From NCBI GenBank assembly GCA_036639755.1, contig JAVWIB010000003.1, positions 1 through 51,990 on the forward strand: a stretch of DNA of 51,990 nucleotides, in the 5' to 3' direction. Below, in pieces: positions 27,201-35,653 of the stretch. Below the pieces are notes generated by a model. The model did not search any database. It was not told the origin of the DNA and saw only the letters and a list, made by a program, of their open reading frames with translations. Every line of letters starts with the position of its first letter. Position 1 is the first letter of the stretch. The stretch comes from Bacteroidales bacterium. Its GTDB lineage: Bacteria > Bacteroidota > Bacteroidia > Bacteroidales > UBA932. A program made the translations under genes and the position numbers.

Positions 27201-27676
27201 CAGAACAGGCTGATGTATTCTGGAATTATGTAAATGAGGATAAATACTTAAAGGAAAATAAAGGTAAATATGCAGAAAGATTTGGCTATGTTGAGCCTTG
27301 GTATAACAGATGGGATTTCAAGTTCCTGCAAGATATTTATACAAACTTTGGTACAGACAGAAGATATACGCTGCAGGTTAGTTTGGATATCCTTAATGTA
27401 GGTAACCTATTGTGTAAAGACTGGGGCGTTTATCAGACGATGGGAACTAAGAATTATGATAGGATCCGTCCTCTTACTCAGGTGAAAAAATATGGACCGG
27501 ATAAAAATAACCCTAAAAAGATAATTCCTTCCTCTGGTGTAGGATCTGATGGCTCTAATACCTACGTGTTAAACGGAAGTAGTGCTGAAGGTTTCAGAAA
27601 TAACAACACTTGGAAAAACAATGTTAGTGTTGGTAGCACATGGGGTATGTTACTAGGCTTTAGATTAATTTTCTAA
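24296..27676 (+). CDS. TonB-dependent receptor with N-terminal carboxypeptidase-regulatory-like domain (Oar-like, no SusD partner)
   Basis: 1126 aa. Signal peptide, a CarbopepD_reg-like domain (SGKVAESSGSPVVGAAVVAIHTPSGTQYYSITDNAGNYRIQNM), a plug region (ISIDGAAFNNNFG) and a long barrel ending LLGFRLIF. Confidence 0.92.
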   Translation: MKQTFKLFALTVMSLVVAIASYAQVTTSSMSGKVAESSGSPVVGAAVVAIHTPSGTQYYSITDNAGNYRIQNMRIGGPYSIEVTLLGFGTNKFEGGNLRLGENFVHNVVLSEEAIALNEVVVSAGVVNPILNSDKNGTSLNISERQIAALPSISRSITDFTRMTPQSNGTSFAGRDGRMNTISIDGAAFNNNFGLSSNAMPGGSAQPISLDAIDQVSVNIAPFDIRQSQFTGASINAVTKSGDNTYRASVYTYLRPKSFTGEKVGDAIVTNAKEKQAQTYGARVGGPIIKDKLFFFVSGEYEKETSPSGAWEPSTDGKSNVEQKISRTTVADLKTMSDFLMKTYNYDAGSYQNFRNFESSNYKILARVDWNISRNHKFTVRYNQMNNTSDNLTNANSAPNPRGDSRSSAQSVAFGNSWYGFENSVKSITGELNSTFGSKVSNKLLISYTAIKDTRTSPSEEFPFVDIYNGGKQYMSFGYELFSYNNEVKNNTLSISDNVSINLNKHTLTAGISYDYMYFKNAYMREATSYYRYDSMDDFMSDRTPNAFAVTYGFNGAAAPGVELGFGQAALYVQDEWQVNKKLKLTYGIRAELPIYHNKVEGPSQYSHKYYEEGVKDAQYENVAWDGKFGDYTMDLGKWPKSKLQVSPRIGFNWDVLGDRSIQVRGGTGLFTGLLPFVWFTNQPNGSGRIQSPEIIITDQKQIETLRKNGKLFNPNFREMISSNPAVFTQTPGVLPNGSSVAEVDKDFKMPQVWRSNIAVDFELPWNLVFTLEYLYSKDVNAVMQKDVNLKEADKTLVGADNRPYWTSKNNNSDIRNAMLLTNTSKGYQNSITAQLTKNFTKGLSGMVAYTYTSAKDISSNPGSTAASAWSSNTVISSLNNPELSYSNFAVPHRVVGNISYRIEYAKHLASTFSLYYSGAPQGRSTFAYSNDMNYDGNASDLMYIPASKDEVKFIDMLSSKGEVLMTAAEQADVFWNYVNEDKYLKENKGKYAERFGYVEPWYNRWDFKFLQDIYTNFGTDRRYTLQVSLDILNVGNLLCKDWGVYQTMGTKNYDRIRPLTQVKKYGPDKNNPKKIIPSSGVGSDGSNTYVLNGSSAEGFRNNNTWKNNVSVGSTWGMLLGFRLIF

Positions 27677-27706
27677 ACGTGTAGCTGGTCTCTAAGATCA
27701 TAAAAT

Positions 27707-27754
27707 ACACCGCATTCCTTTAATAATAAATGGGATGCGGTGTTTTTCCTTTTT
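27707..27754 (+). terminator. Rho-independent terminator after the first TonB-dependent receptor
   Basis: Stem acaccgcat(t)cc / gg(g)atgcggtgt with an AT-rich loop, followed by tttttccttttt. Confidence 0.75.
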
Positions 27755-27786
27755 ATGAAATTCACAACTTACGATTGCTGATATCA

Positions 27787-28890
27787 TCATTCCCAAAATT
27801 TCTCTTTGGGTACGGTGGGTACATGCCGATCTATTAAAATATGCGGAATCTTTCCAACGTAAACGGTGTCTGCGGCAAAGAGCCGGGGGGAGTTAATTGC
27901 AATGACTGTTAGTAAATCATAGGGGTTATTTATGGTTTTAAGGCTGTCTAAAGAGGTGGCCTTAAATATTTTGTAGAATGTGCCCGGGTCTCGTTTAAGG
28001 AAGCTTTGTAGGCCTGTATAGGCAGCGGTTTTTAGATAGTCTCCGGGGTAGCCGGCCCGGCCTATAAGGTTGGTTTCTTCTTTGGTAAATGCCAACGGGT
28101 AGGTGGCGTGTTTGCTTAAAAAAATGAATGGCGTAGTGGTTTGCAGCTCAAAAAGTTTATAGGTGGCACTGCTGTCTTCCCGTAGGTTAAAAGCGGCAAA
28201 ATTAGGCTGGATACGCCCTGTGGTGCGGAGTGTGGAGGTATCGCATTGGCCCTGAATATAAATAGAGTGGAATTGAGGGGTGGGCCTTCCTCTTTTTTCA
28301 ATATCTGCAAGGTAGTTGGAAAACTGTGTTGCCTGTGCCAGTATGACAACTCGAAGGTTGTTGGGGTATAATCTTAAAAGAGAATCAATTAATCTGCCGG
28401 GGGAGGTGTATTTGTTGCAGTAGGTGCTATGCTGCATGTTTTTCCACATCTGTGCATTAGGAGGGTAGGAGCCCAGTTTTTCCAGTAAGGTTGTTTCATA
28501 CGGAGTTCCGTTGAGGGAGTGCAGGATGGAGTAAGCGGCAATTTCCTGCTCTGTTTTTTCGGGCTTTCCAATGGCTATGGGGGCTGTAATGCCATATAAG
28601 TTTAAGAATAGTTCTATACTTTTTGCCCTTATCTCAGGAATGTACCCGGTTGAGATAATTCCTGCAATTGTAAGATTTTTCCCCTTGTGTTGGGCCTTGT
28701 TTTTTGCCAGATATGCAAAAGCTTGGGCATCATCTACGTCGGTTCCAAAATCGGTTATGATAAGTAATGCGGTAAAATCACCGGCTGACTGTTGCCCGCT
28801 TTTTGCTTGTGGGGAGAGAAGCATAAAAAGGATGAGGGCTGTTAACAAGATAAGTGGAGCTATTGTATCGGAGGATGGGACAAGTTTCAT
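27787..28890 (-). CDS. Exported protein resembling inosine-uridine-preferring nucleoside hydrolases (divergent)
   Basis: ATG at 28890 gives MKLVPSSDTIAPLILLTALILFMLL (signal/anchor); the track ORF extends to 28989. LLIITDFGTDVDDAQAFAYL resembles the N-terminal DxDxxxDD metal/ribose-binding motif of IUNH-fold enzymes, and LTIAGIISTGY resembles the following strand. Confidence 0.5.
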   Translation of the reverse strand: MKLVPSSDTIAPLILLTALILFMLLSPQAKSGQQSAGDFTALLIITDFGTDVDDAQAFAYLAKNKAQHKGKNLTIAGIISTGYIPEIRAKSIELFLNLYGITAPIAIGKPEKTEQEIAAYSILHSLNGTPYETTLLEKLGSYPPNAQMWKNMQHSTYCNKYTSPGRLIDSLLRLYPNNLRVVILAQATQFSNYLADIEKRGRPTPQFHSIYIQGQCDTSTLRTTGRIQPNFAAFNLREDSSATYKLFELQTTTPFIFLSKHATYPLAFTKEETNLIGRAGYPGDYLKTAAYTGLQSFLKRDPGTFYKIFKATSLDSLKTINNPYDLLTVIAINSPRLFAADTVYVGKIPHILIDRHVPTVPKEKFWE

Positions 28891-29035
28891 ATGGGTGTAA
28901 TTATTTTGTGCAGCGGCGAATTTAATGAGTTTTTTAAAACTTCCCAAGAGATTCTTTGTTAGTAAGGATATGAAAAACGTCTCAATCATTATTTGAGATT
29001 ACGTGAGCTATTCAATAACCTTATTATAATCCATT

Positions 29036-32000
29036 ATGAAAAATCTTTATAAGTTTTGTAGTGTAGTAGTTTTATTTCAACTGCTGACTATGGCTATGTA
29101 TGCGCAGGTGACAACTTCGTCTCTTAGCGGTAAAGTTACCGAGGCGGATGGGATGCCCGTGGCAGGGGCTACGGTGGTGGCAACCCACACACCGTCGGGG
29201 AGTACTTATTATACAATGACGGGGGAAAACGGTACGTACCGTATTCAGAATATGCGTCCGGGTGGGCCGTATAAGATTGAAGTATCGTTGCTTGGGTTTG
29301 GGACAAATACCGATAAGGGGGTAGAGCTTACCCTGGCGGAGAATTATGTGCATAATGTGAAATTGAGCGAGGAGGCTATTTCGCTGAATGAGGTGGTGAT
29401 ATCGGCAGATGGGACACGTTCGTCTATGAGGAGTGAGCGGGCCGGGGCTACAACATCTCTGAATATTGCTCAGATGAATGCTATTCCCACGATTGCCAGA
29501 GATTTGAACGGTTTGGTAAAACTTACGCCCCAGGCTTATAATTCTTCATCGGGACCTCAAATAGGGGGAGGAACATATAGAGAGAATAATTTTACCATTG
29601 ACGGAGCGGGGATGAACAATTCGTTTGGTATAGGGGAGAGTATGCCGTCTAAGGGTTCTCCGGTTTCGATAGATGCACTGGATCAGATTTCCATTAATGT
29701 AACTCCGTTTGATGTGAGGCAGAGCGGCTTTTTAGGGGGAGCCATGAATGCAACTACCCGTAGCGGAAGCAACCGTTTTGAAGGGTCTGCCTATATGTAT
29801 TATTATAATGAGAATTTTAGAGGGAAAAAGACGGTAAATGGAGATCTTACCCTTAATGAGGAGACAAATCTTATCTACGGTGCACGTGTGGGAGGGCCTA
29901 TTATAAAGGATAGATTGTTTTTCTTTTTAAGTGCGGAGTTTGAGAAATCTACTCAACCGGGCCCTTCGCGTGTGGCTTCAAACGGTTCAAATTATACGGA
30001 CGGATCGGATGGTATTGCCCGTCCGGATGCTAAAGTTATGGATGCCCTATCGGGGTATTTGTCTAAAAATTACGGTTATGCTACCGGAGCGTATCAGGGT
30101 TATTCCAATCAAAGTCCCGGATTTAAGATTCTGGCGCGTGTAGATTGGAATATCAGTAAAAATCATAAATTGAATTTTAGATATAATATTACCAAGAGAA
30201 AAGATCCGGCAACAATGTCAACCTCTACCAGCGGTTTGGAAGATAGGTATTATCTTACCGGAAACAGAAACAATATGTCTGCTCTGGCTTTCCAGAATTC
30301 GGGATATTTTCAGGAATATAATTTCTCTTCTTTTGCGGGAGAGCTTAATTCCCGTTTTTTTAACGGTACTTTGTCAAATATTTTCCGTGTGACCTATTCT
30401 AATCAGAATGAGCCTCGCAGCACCAAGGGGGGAGAACTTCCGTTTGTGGATATTGGGGTAGATAAAAAATATTATACCTCGTTTGGAACGGAACTCTTTT
30501 CGTACGGGAATCTGAGGGAGGTGAAAACCCTCACCCTCACCGATGAATTGGCATATACATGGGGCAAAAATTTTTTAACATTTGGGATTCAATACGAGCA
30601 TAGTAAAACCAAAAACGGGTTCCAGCGGTTTGGGAGCGGTTATTATACATATAATTTTGATACGGAGACAGATTTGTACAATGCTATTAATGACGGAACG
30701 GTTTTTAACAATCCGTATCAATATGCCATTACCCACTCTTTTAAGGAGGATTATTCCCAGGTTTTTCCCGAGTTTAAGTTTAATCAAATCTCTTTGTATT
30801 TGCAAGATGAAGTTACGGTGAGTGATCATTTTAAGATTATGGGAGGAATTCGATTTGAAATGCCCTCTTACCCAAGTCTGGATACTTATAACTCTGCTGT
30901 TTTTGATGCGACGTTGGCCGATTACAAAGGGAACGGCGGACACTATAACACCTCGGAACTCCCATCTACTAAATTAATGATCTCTCCAAGGATAGGGTTT
31001 AATTGGGATATTTTGGGCAATCGTAAGGTAGTTTTGCGCGGCGGTTCCGGTTTCTTTACCGGACGTCTTCCTTTTGTCTGGATTGTGGCGCAGGCGGGCG
31101 ACAGCAATGTGTTGCAGTCTACTTATACTGCAGTGTCGGGAAATAAAACAGGTAAAGCGGTTCCCGATTTTTCTTCCAACCGTTTGGATGCTCTTAAACA
31201 GATTTATCCAAATGGCCCGGCCCAATCTGCCGCCGCCCTTCCGGGATCCGTTTCCCTTATGGCGCACGATCTTAAAATGCCGCAGACCTGGAAAAGTTCT
31301 CTGGGTGTAGATGTAAAACTTCCTTTTGGAATTATTGGGAGTCTGGAGGCCATTTATAATTATGATGTGAATCCGGTAACCATTACCAACGTGGGGGTGA
31401 AAGAGGGTGTTTCCACAGCTATTGCTAATTATCCCGATAATCGGTTATTTTACGGACAATATTATAACAAGACACTGCAAAATGCTTATCTTCTGCGCAA
31501 TGCCGATAAGAAAGGAGATTATTTTTCGCTAACCGCAAAACTGGAAAAAAACTATTGGAAAGGTTTGTATGCTATGATTGCCTATACTTACAGTACGGCA
31601 CGCAGCCTGGGAGACGGATATGGCGATCAGATGTATTCTGCCTGGATGAACTCTGCTACCATGAACGGAAATAATCTGGAAGTACTTGGGACTCCAAGCT
31701 ATGTAATGCCTCATCGTCTGATTGCCAATGTTAGTTACGGAATTAGTTACGGGAAGCATTTCAGAACCAGTGCCAGCATCTTTTATGAGGGAGGACCTGC
31801 CGGCAGAACCTCGTACACTTATACATCAAATGTGGTAGGAGACGGTGGAGCTGCAAATCTTATTTATGTCCCTGCGTCCAAAGACGAGCTGAAATTTGCG
31901 AATTACACCTATACAGATGATAAAAATGTAAAACAGATCTATACCGCAGCTGTACAGGCAGACGATTTCTGGAACTTTGTAAATAGTAATAAATACCTGC

Positions 32001-32365
32001 GCAAGAGTAAAGGTGGGTATGCAAAACGCAACGGATTAACCTATCCTTGGGTAAATCAGTTTGATGTAAAAATTATGCAGGATTTCTATCTTGCTACCAA
32101 AGGGGGGACTAAAAACACATTGCAGATAGGATTGGATATAAAAAACATAGGCAATTTGTTTAACAGAAAATGGGGGGCAAAACAATCCTATACGGTAAAT
32201 CAAGTACTCAAGCAGACTAATAAATTAAGCCAAGGCGGAACAACAGCCCCTGTCTATAATTTTCAGCGCTACGGCACGGAGGTTCTGAGAGATGCTTTTG
32301 TTCCAACCTTTGGAACCAGCTCTACCTATCTGATGCAATTAACAATCCGCTATATTTTTAATTAA
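29036..32365 (+). CDS. TonB-dependent receptor, paralog of 24296-27676
   Basis: 1109 aa with the same architecture. Long blocks are shared with the first copy, for example ARVGGPIIKD(K/R)LFFF, KILARVDWNIS(R/K)NHK, SPRIGFNWD, RGG(T/S)G(L/F)FTG(L/R)LPFVW and LKMPQ(V/T)W. Confidence 0.92.
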   Translation: MKNLYKFCSVVVLFQLLTMAMYAQVTTSSLSGKVTEADGMPVAGATVVATHTPSGSTYYTMTGENGTYRIQNMRPGGPYKIEVSLLGFGTNTDKGVELTLAENYVHNVKLSEEAISLNEVVISADGTRSSMRSERAGATTSLNIAQMNAIPTIARDLNGLVKLTPQAYNSSSGPQIGGGTYRENNFTIDGAGMNNSFGIGESMPSKGSPVSIDALDQISINVTPFDVRQSGFLGGAMNATTRSGSNRFEGSAYMYYYNENFRGKKTVNGDLTLNEETNLIYGARVGGPIIKDRLFFFLSAEFEKSTQPGPSRVASNGSNYTDGSDGIARPDAKVMDALSGYLSKNYGYATGAYQGYSNQSPGFKILARVDWNISKNHKLNFRYNITKRKDPATMSTSTSGLEDRYYLTGNRNNMSALAFQNSGYFQEYNFSSFAGELNSRFFNGTLSNIFRVTYSNQNEPRSTKGGELPFVDIGVDKKYYTSFGTELFSYGNLREVKTLTLTDELAYTWGKNFLTFGIQYEHSKTKNGFQRFGSGYYTYNFDTETDLYNAINDGTVFNNPYQYAITHSFKEDYSQVFPEFKFNQISLYLQDEVTVSDHFKIMGGIRFEMPSYPSLDTYNSAVFDATLADYKGNGGHYNTSELPSTKLMISPRIGFNWDILGNRKVVLRGGSGFFTGRLPFVWIVAQAGDSNVLQSTYTAVSGNKTGKAVPDFSSNRLDALKQIYPNGPAQSAAALPGSVSLMAHDLKMPQTWKSSLGVDVKLPFGIIGSLEAIYNYDVNPVTITNVGVKEGVSTAIANYPDNRLFYGQYYNKTLQNAYLLRNADKKGDYFSLTAKLEKNYWKGLYAMIAYTYSTARSLGDGYGDQMYSAWMNSATMNGNNLEVLGTPSYVMPHRLIANVSYGISYGKHFRTSASIFYEGGPAGRTSYTYTSNVVGDGGAANLIYVPASKDELKFANYTYTDDKNVKQIYTAAVQADDFWNFVNSNKYLRKSKGGYAKRNGLTYPWVNQFDVKIMQDFYLATKGGTKNTLQIGLDIKNIGNLFNRKWGAKQSYTVNQVLKQTNKLSQGGTTAPVYNFQRYGTEVLRDAFVPTFGTSSTYLMQLTIRYIFN

Positions 32366-32389
32366 AAGAGATTAGGCTCTCCATAAAAA

Positions 32390-32437
32390 GAGGATGGCAA
32401 AGAAGTAGTTTAGTCTTTGTCATCCTCTCTTTATTTA
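32390..32437. terminator. Strong hairpin between convergent genes (possibly a bidirectional terminator)
   Basis: 13-bp stem gaggatggcaaag / ctttgtcatcctc with one G-U wobble, followed by tctttattta on the plus strand. Confidence 0.65.
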
Positions 32438-32487
32438 TGTTAGGAATGCTATGTGTGGTCATTTTTCTCGGCGCACGTGTACCGTAG

Positions 32488-33861
32488 CTATTTAAGAACA
32501 GTATAGACCAACGTAAGTTTGGGATACCGCTTAGCCTTAGGCCCGTTTATTTTTCCGTTGTAATAGCTGTAAGTCTCTGCAAAATAGTTTGTTGTTCCGT
32601 AGTTTGGATCGGTTTCAACTCGTATGGGTGACAGCCAGAAATTAAACTCATTACTAAGCGGGTTATTTGCATCAGCCTGAACATTAATAAGTTTTTGAAT
32701 GGTAGATGGTATGTTAACCGAATATTCGCATAATGATCGATTCATCTCTCCTGTGCTGTTTCCGGGGACATTTATATCCTTAAACGGATAGTAGAGCCTC
32801 CTTATCAGAGTATCTGATTTATAAATAGGGAACAGATTTGGCGGATAAGAAGTCATATTCAAATCTTGCGGAATCTCAAACGGAAATGTTAATGTTGCTT
32901 TGGCTACAAGTATGTTTCTGGAATTATAACCTTTTTTAGTAAACCAGTTATTTAAGGTATCTTTTAGTGCTTTTGCATTAACATATGGTTTAATTCCACC
33001 AATGCCTTCTATCGGAATCTCTGCTGTAAGCGGCTCATCTGTTGCCATATGACTGCTGCTGTATGTAGATAAATTCAGGCAAAAACTATCACCGAAGTTA
33101 AATAGTACGGTTGTGTCTTTTCTGGATAAGCCGGCTTCCCATGTGGGTTGGAAATTATATTTTATGGCTATTACCGCTGAAGAGTAGGATAGGTTATTTA
33201 ATCTGCCGCCGGTTAGATCTCCTTCAGGAGGGGTGCATTCAATATATAAACCTTTGAATCTGTTGGTAAAAAGAGAAATGCTATCTAATTCTTTCTCCGT
33301 TGCAGAGAGTAGCTCTGTGCCGAATGCATTATTCAGATAGACTTTTACCGAGTCTTTCCCAAAATAGGTAAAGGAACTTACATTCAGCGGAACGGGGTTG
33401 TAATCTTTCTTGGTAAGTGAATTATTATAAAGAGTTGTGGTGTCAAGTGTTTTAGTAGTTCTGTAAATAAATACATTCTGCGGAATTCCTTCTTGCGTAT
33501 TATCAATCATGTATTTATTGGCAACGGCTGCCGAAAAATAGACTGATTTTATAACGGGATCTTTCCCAAACCGGAAAGAGGTATACGGCTGACAAATGTT
33601 TGCGGCAACGCCAAATGTTGCAAGGCCGAACTCTTTTGTCCTGATTGCTCCAAATGTTGCGTACTCTGCAGAAATGCCCTGCAGGCTGTCTTCCATCTTA
33701 AGACTTATGGGAAGTCTGAATTCTGCCACCATTACCTTTAGCTCCTGATCGTCCGGAATGTATTGGCCACCTAATGATTTATCAACTGTAATACATGAAA
33801 ATACTGCAAAGGCAGTGATAGACAATAGAATCAGTTTGCGGAGTGTATCCTTAAATTGCAT
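32488..33861 (-). CDS. Hypothetical lipoprotein (DUF4270-like, the usual neighbour of the short glycogen-synthase-like gene in Bacteroidetes)
   Basis: 457 aa with a lipobox (AVFSC). The start overlaps the upstream gene by 11 nt. The family name is from memory of gene-neighbourhood conservation and has not been verified. Confidence 0.6.
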   Translation of the reverse strand: MQFKDTLRKLILLSITAFAVFSCITVDKSLGGQYIPDDQELKVMVAEFRLPISLKMEDSLQGISAEYATFGAIRTKEFGLATFGVAANICQPYTSFRFGKDPVIKSVYFSAAVANKYMIDNTQEGIPQNVFIYRTTKTLDTTTLYNNSLTKKDYNPVPLNVSSFTYFGKDSVKVYLNNAFGTELLSATEKELDSISLFTNRFKGLYIECTPPEGDLTGGRLNNLSYSSAVIAIKYNFQPTWEAGLSRKDTTVLFNFGDSFCLNLSTYSSSHMATDEPLTAEIPIEGIGGIKPYVNAKALKDTLNNWFTKKGYNSRNILVAKATLTFPFEIPQDLNMTSYPPNLFPIYKSDTLIRRLYYPFKDINVPGNSTGEMNRSLCEYSVNIPSTIQKLINVQADANNPLSNEFNFWLSPIRVETDPNYGTTNYFAETYSYYNGKINGPKAKRYPKLTLVYTVLK

Positions 33862-34681
33862 TTTCTAAAATTTTGTCGTAAAATTGGTTATATTCTTTAA
33901 TATATTCTGGTTCAGACTGATTGATCTCTATATAAGGAAGAACAGGAAGATGGGATGTGCAAACAAAGTCTTCAATCTCTTTTCCAATCGTTTTACATCC
34001 GTAAATTATTCCGTCTGAATTTTGTATGGCAAGTTTAGCAAGATTTATGCCACTTGCCGGATTCAGTATTTCCAAGTCTTTGTTTTTAATTCCGGGAAGT
34101 ATGATTTTGGAATTCATGTTTTTTGAAAACACATCTTCCGCAATCTCATTATATAGAGAGAGTACCAGTTTGCTATCGGTGAAGATGGGGTCTTCTTTGT
34201 ACACCTTTTTCAGATATAGAGGTAGAATATGTGAGATCCATCCCTGACAATGAATGATATCCGGCTTCCATCTTAGTTTTTTTACTGTCTCCAGAACGCC
34301 GCGGGCAAAGAAAATGGCTCTTTCGTCATTGTCTTCAAAAAACTTTCCCTCTTCATCTGCAAAAACGGGTTTACGATGGAAATAATCGTCGTTATCTATG
34401 AAATATACTTGCATTCTTGCAGACGATATGGAGGAGACTTTAATAATGAGGGGTCTGTCTATATCATTTACGACAATGTTCATACCCGAAAGACGTATCA
34501 CTTCATGCAACTGGTTTCTCCTTTCGTTTATACACCCGTATCTTGGTATAAAGGAACGGATCTCTTTTCCACTCTCCTGGATCCCTTGCGGAAGATAACG
34601 GCCTACAGTCGAGATGGTCGTCTCTGGCATATAGGGGAGGATCTCGGAATTTACGAACAATACTCTCTTTGGTTCTTTCAT
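33851..34681 (-). CDS. Short glycogen/starch-synthase-like protein (Glyco_transf_5 N-terminal domain only)
   Basis: ATG at 34681 gives MKEPKRVLFVNSEILPYMPETTISTVGRYLPQG, typical of the GlgA N-terminus; the track ORF extension to 34885 is not supported. At about 276 aa it lacks the C-terminal GT-B half. Confidence 0.75.
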   Translation of the reverse strand: MKEPKRVLFVNSEILPYMPETTISTVGRYLPQGIQESGKEIRSFIPRYGCINERRNQLHEVIRLSGMNIVVNDIDRPLIIKVSSISSARMQVYFIDNDDYFHRKPVFADEEGKFFEDNDERAIFFARGVLETVKKLRWKPDIIHCQGWISHILPLYLKKVYKEDPIFTDSKLVLSLYNEIAEDVFSKNMNSKIILPGIKNKDLEILNPASGINLAKLAIQNSDGIIYGCKTIGKEIEDFVCTSHLPVLPYIEINQSEPEYIKEYNQFYDKILENAI

Positions 34682-34700
34682 AGGAATTGATTTTAGTGCA

Positions 34701-34708
34701 CAAAGATA
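34701..34708 (-). promoter_or_regulatory. Candidate -7 box (TATCTTTG on minus strand) for the glycogen-synthase-like gene
   Basis: Plus strand reads caaagata, 20 nt upstream of the minus-strand ATG at 34681. Confidence 0.45.
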
Positions 34709-34748
34709 ATAAAAAATAATTAAACATTTCCAATATACATTTTTTGTA

Positions 34749-34756
34749 TATCTTTG
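34749..34756 (+). promoter_or_regulatory. Candidate -7 box (TATCTTTG) for the ftsX operon
   Basis: Matches TAnnTTTG, 14 nt upstream of the ATG at 34770. Confidence 0.45.
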
Positions 34757-34769
34757 AAGTTTGATTATT

Positions 34770-35648
34770 ATGGGGAAAAAAGAGAAAAATATGATAGCCA
34801 GAAGGCTTGTAAATGCATACCTTTTGTCAATAGTAAGTATCAGTCTTGTATTGCTGTTGGTAGGAACATTCGGTCTTCTTGCCATTCATGCAAAGCAGGT
34901 ATCCGATTATTTTAAAGAGAACATAAAAGTATCTGCTATCTTAAAAGAAAATATAACGGAGCAGGAGGCTCTTAATTTCCAAAAGCAACTGAAGATGTTT
35001 CCTGCGGTAAAGAAAACGCAATATATTTCCAAGGAGCAGGGTACCAAGGAGATGCAGCAAATGCTGGGGCAGGATTTCCTGGATGTCTTTGAGACCAATC
35101 CTATCCCGATATCTATTGAGTTGAGTCTTAATGCGAGCTATTTTGTCCCCGATAGTCTGGAGGTGCTTACAAAGTCGTTAATGGAGATGCCTCCCGTGGA
35201 GGAGGTCTCTTATCAGGCTTCGCTGGTGGAAATCCTGAACAAAAACATAGAAAAGATAGGGGGAGTGATGATGGCATTTATTGTGTTATTGCTCTTTGTA
35301 TCGTTTGTGCTTATTAATAATACGGTGCGGTTGAATGTTTATTCCAAGCGGTTTTCTATTTATACAATGAGGCTTGTGGGGGCGACAAAATCGTTTATAA
35401 GGGGGCCTTTTTTAGTAAAGGCTATGTTTCAGGGATTATTATCAGGTCTCTTGGCGGCGGGGACTCTTGCCGGCATTTTATATCTTGTACGCAGCGAGTT
35501 CGGACAGTTGTTTTCTGTTTTTGGAATGGAGATGCTGGCATTTGTGCTGGTGGGAGTTGTCCTCCTTGGCGTTGTAATCTGTACAATATGCACATTTTTT
35601 GTAGTGAGCAGGCTGGTAACACTTAGTAATGACGAATTATACTATTAA
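34770..35648 (+). CDS. ftsX: FtsX-like cell-division permease
   Basis: ATG at 34770; the track ORF starts at TTG 34761. One TM helix, a periplasmic domain of about 100 aa, then three C-terminal TM helices. This is the FtsX topology. Confidence 0.8.
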   Translation: MGKKEKNMIARRLVNAYLLSIVSISLVLLLVGTFGLLAIHAKQVSDYFKENIKVSAILKENITEQEALNFQKQLKMFPAVKKTQYISKEQGTKEMQQMLGQDFLDVFETNPIPISIELSLNASYFVPDSLEVLTKSLMEMPPVEEVSYQASLVEILNKNIEKIGGVMMAFIVLLLFVSFVLINNTVRLNVYSKRFSIYTMRLVGATKSFIRGPFLVKAMFQGLLSGLLAAGTLAGILYLVRSEFGQLFSVFGMEMLAFVLVGVVLLGVVICTICTFFVVSRLVTLSNDELYY

Positions 35649-35653
35649 TTAAT

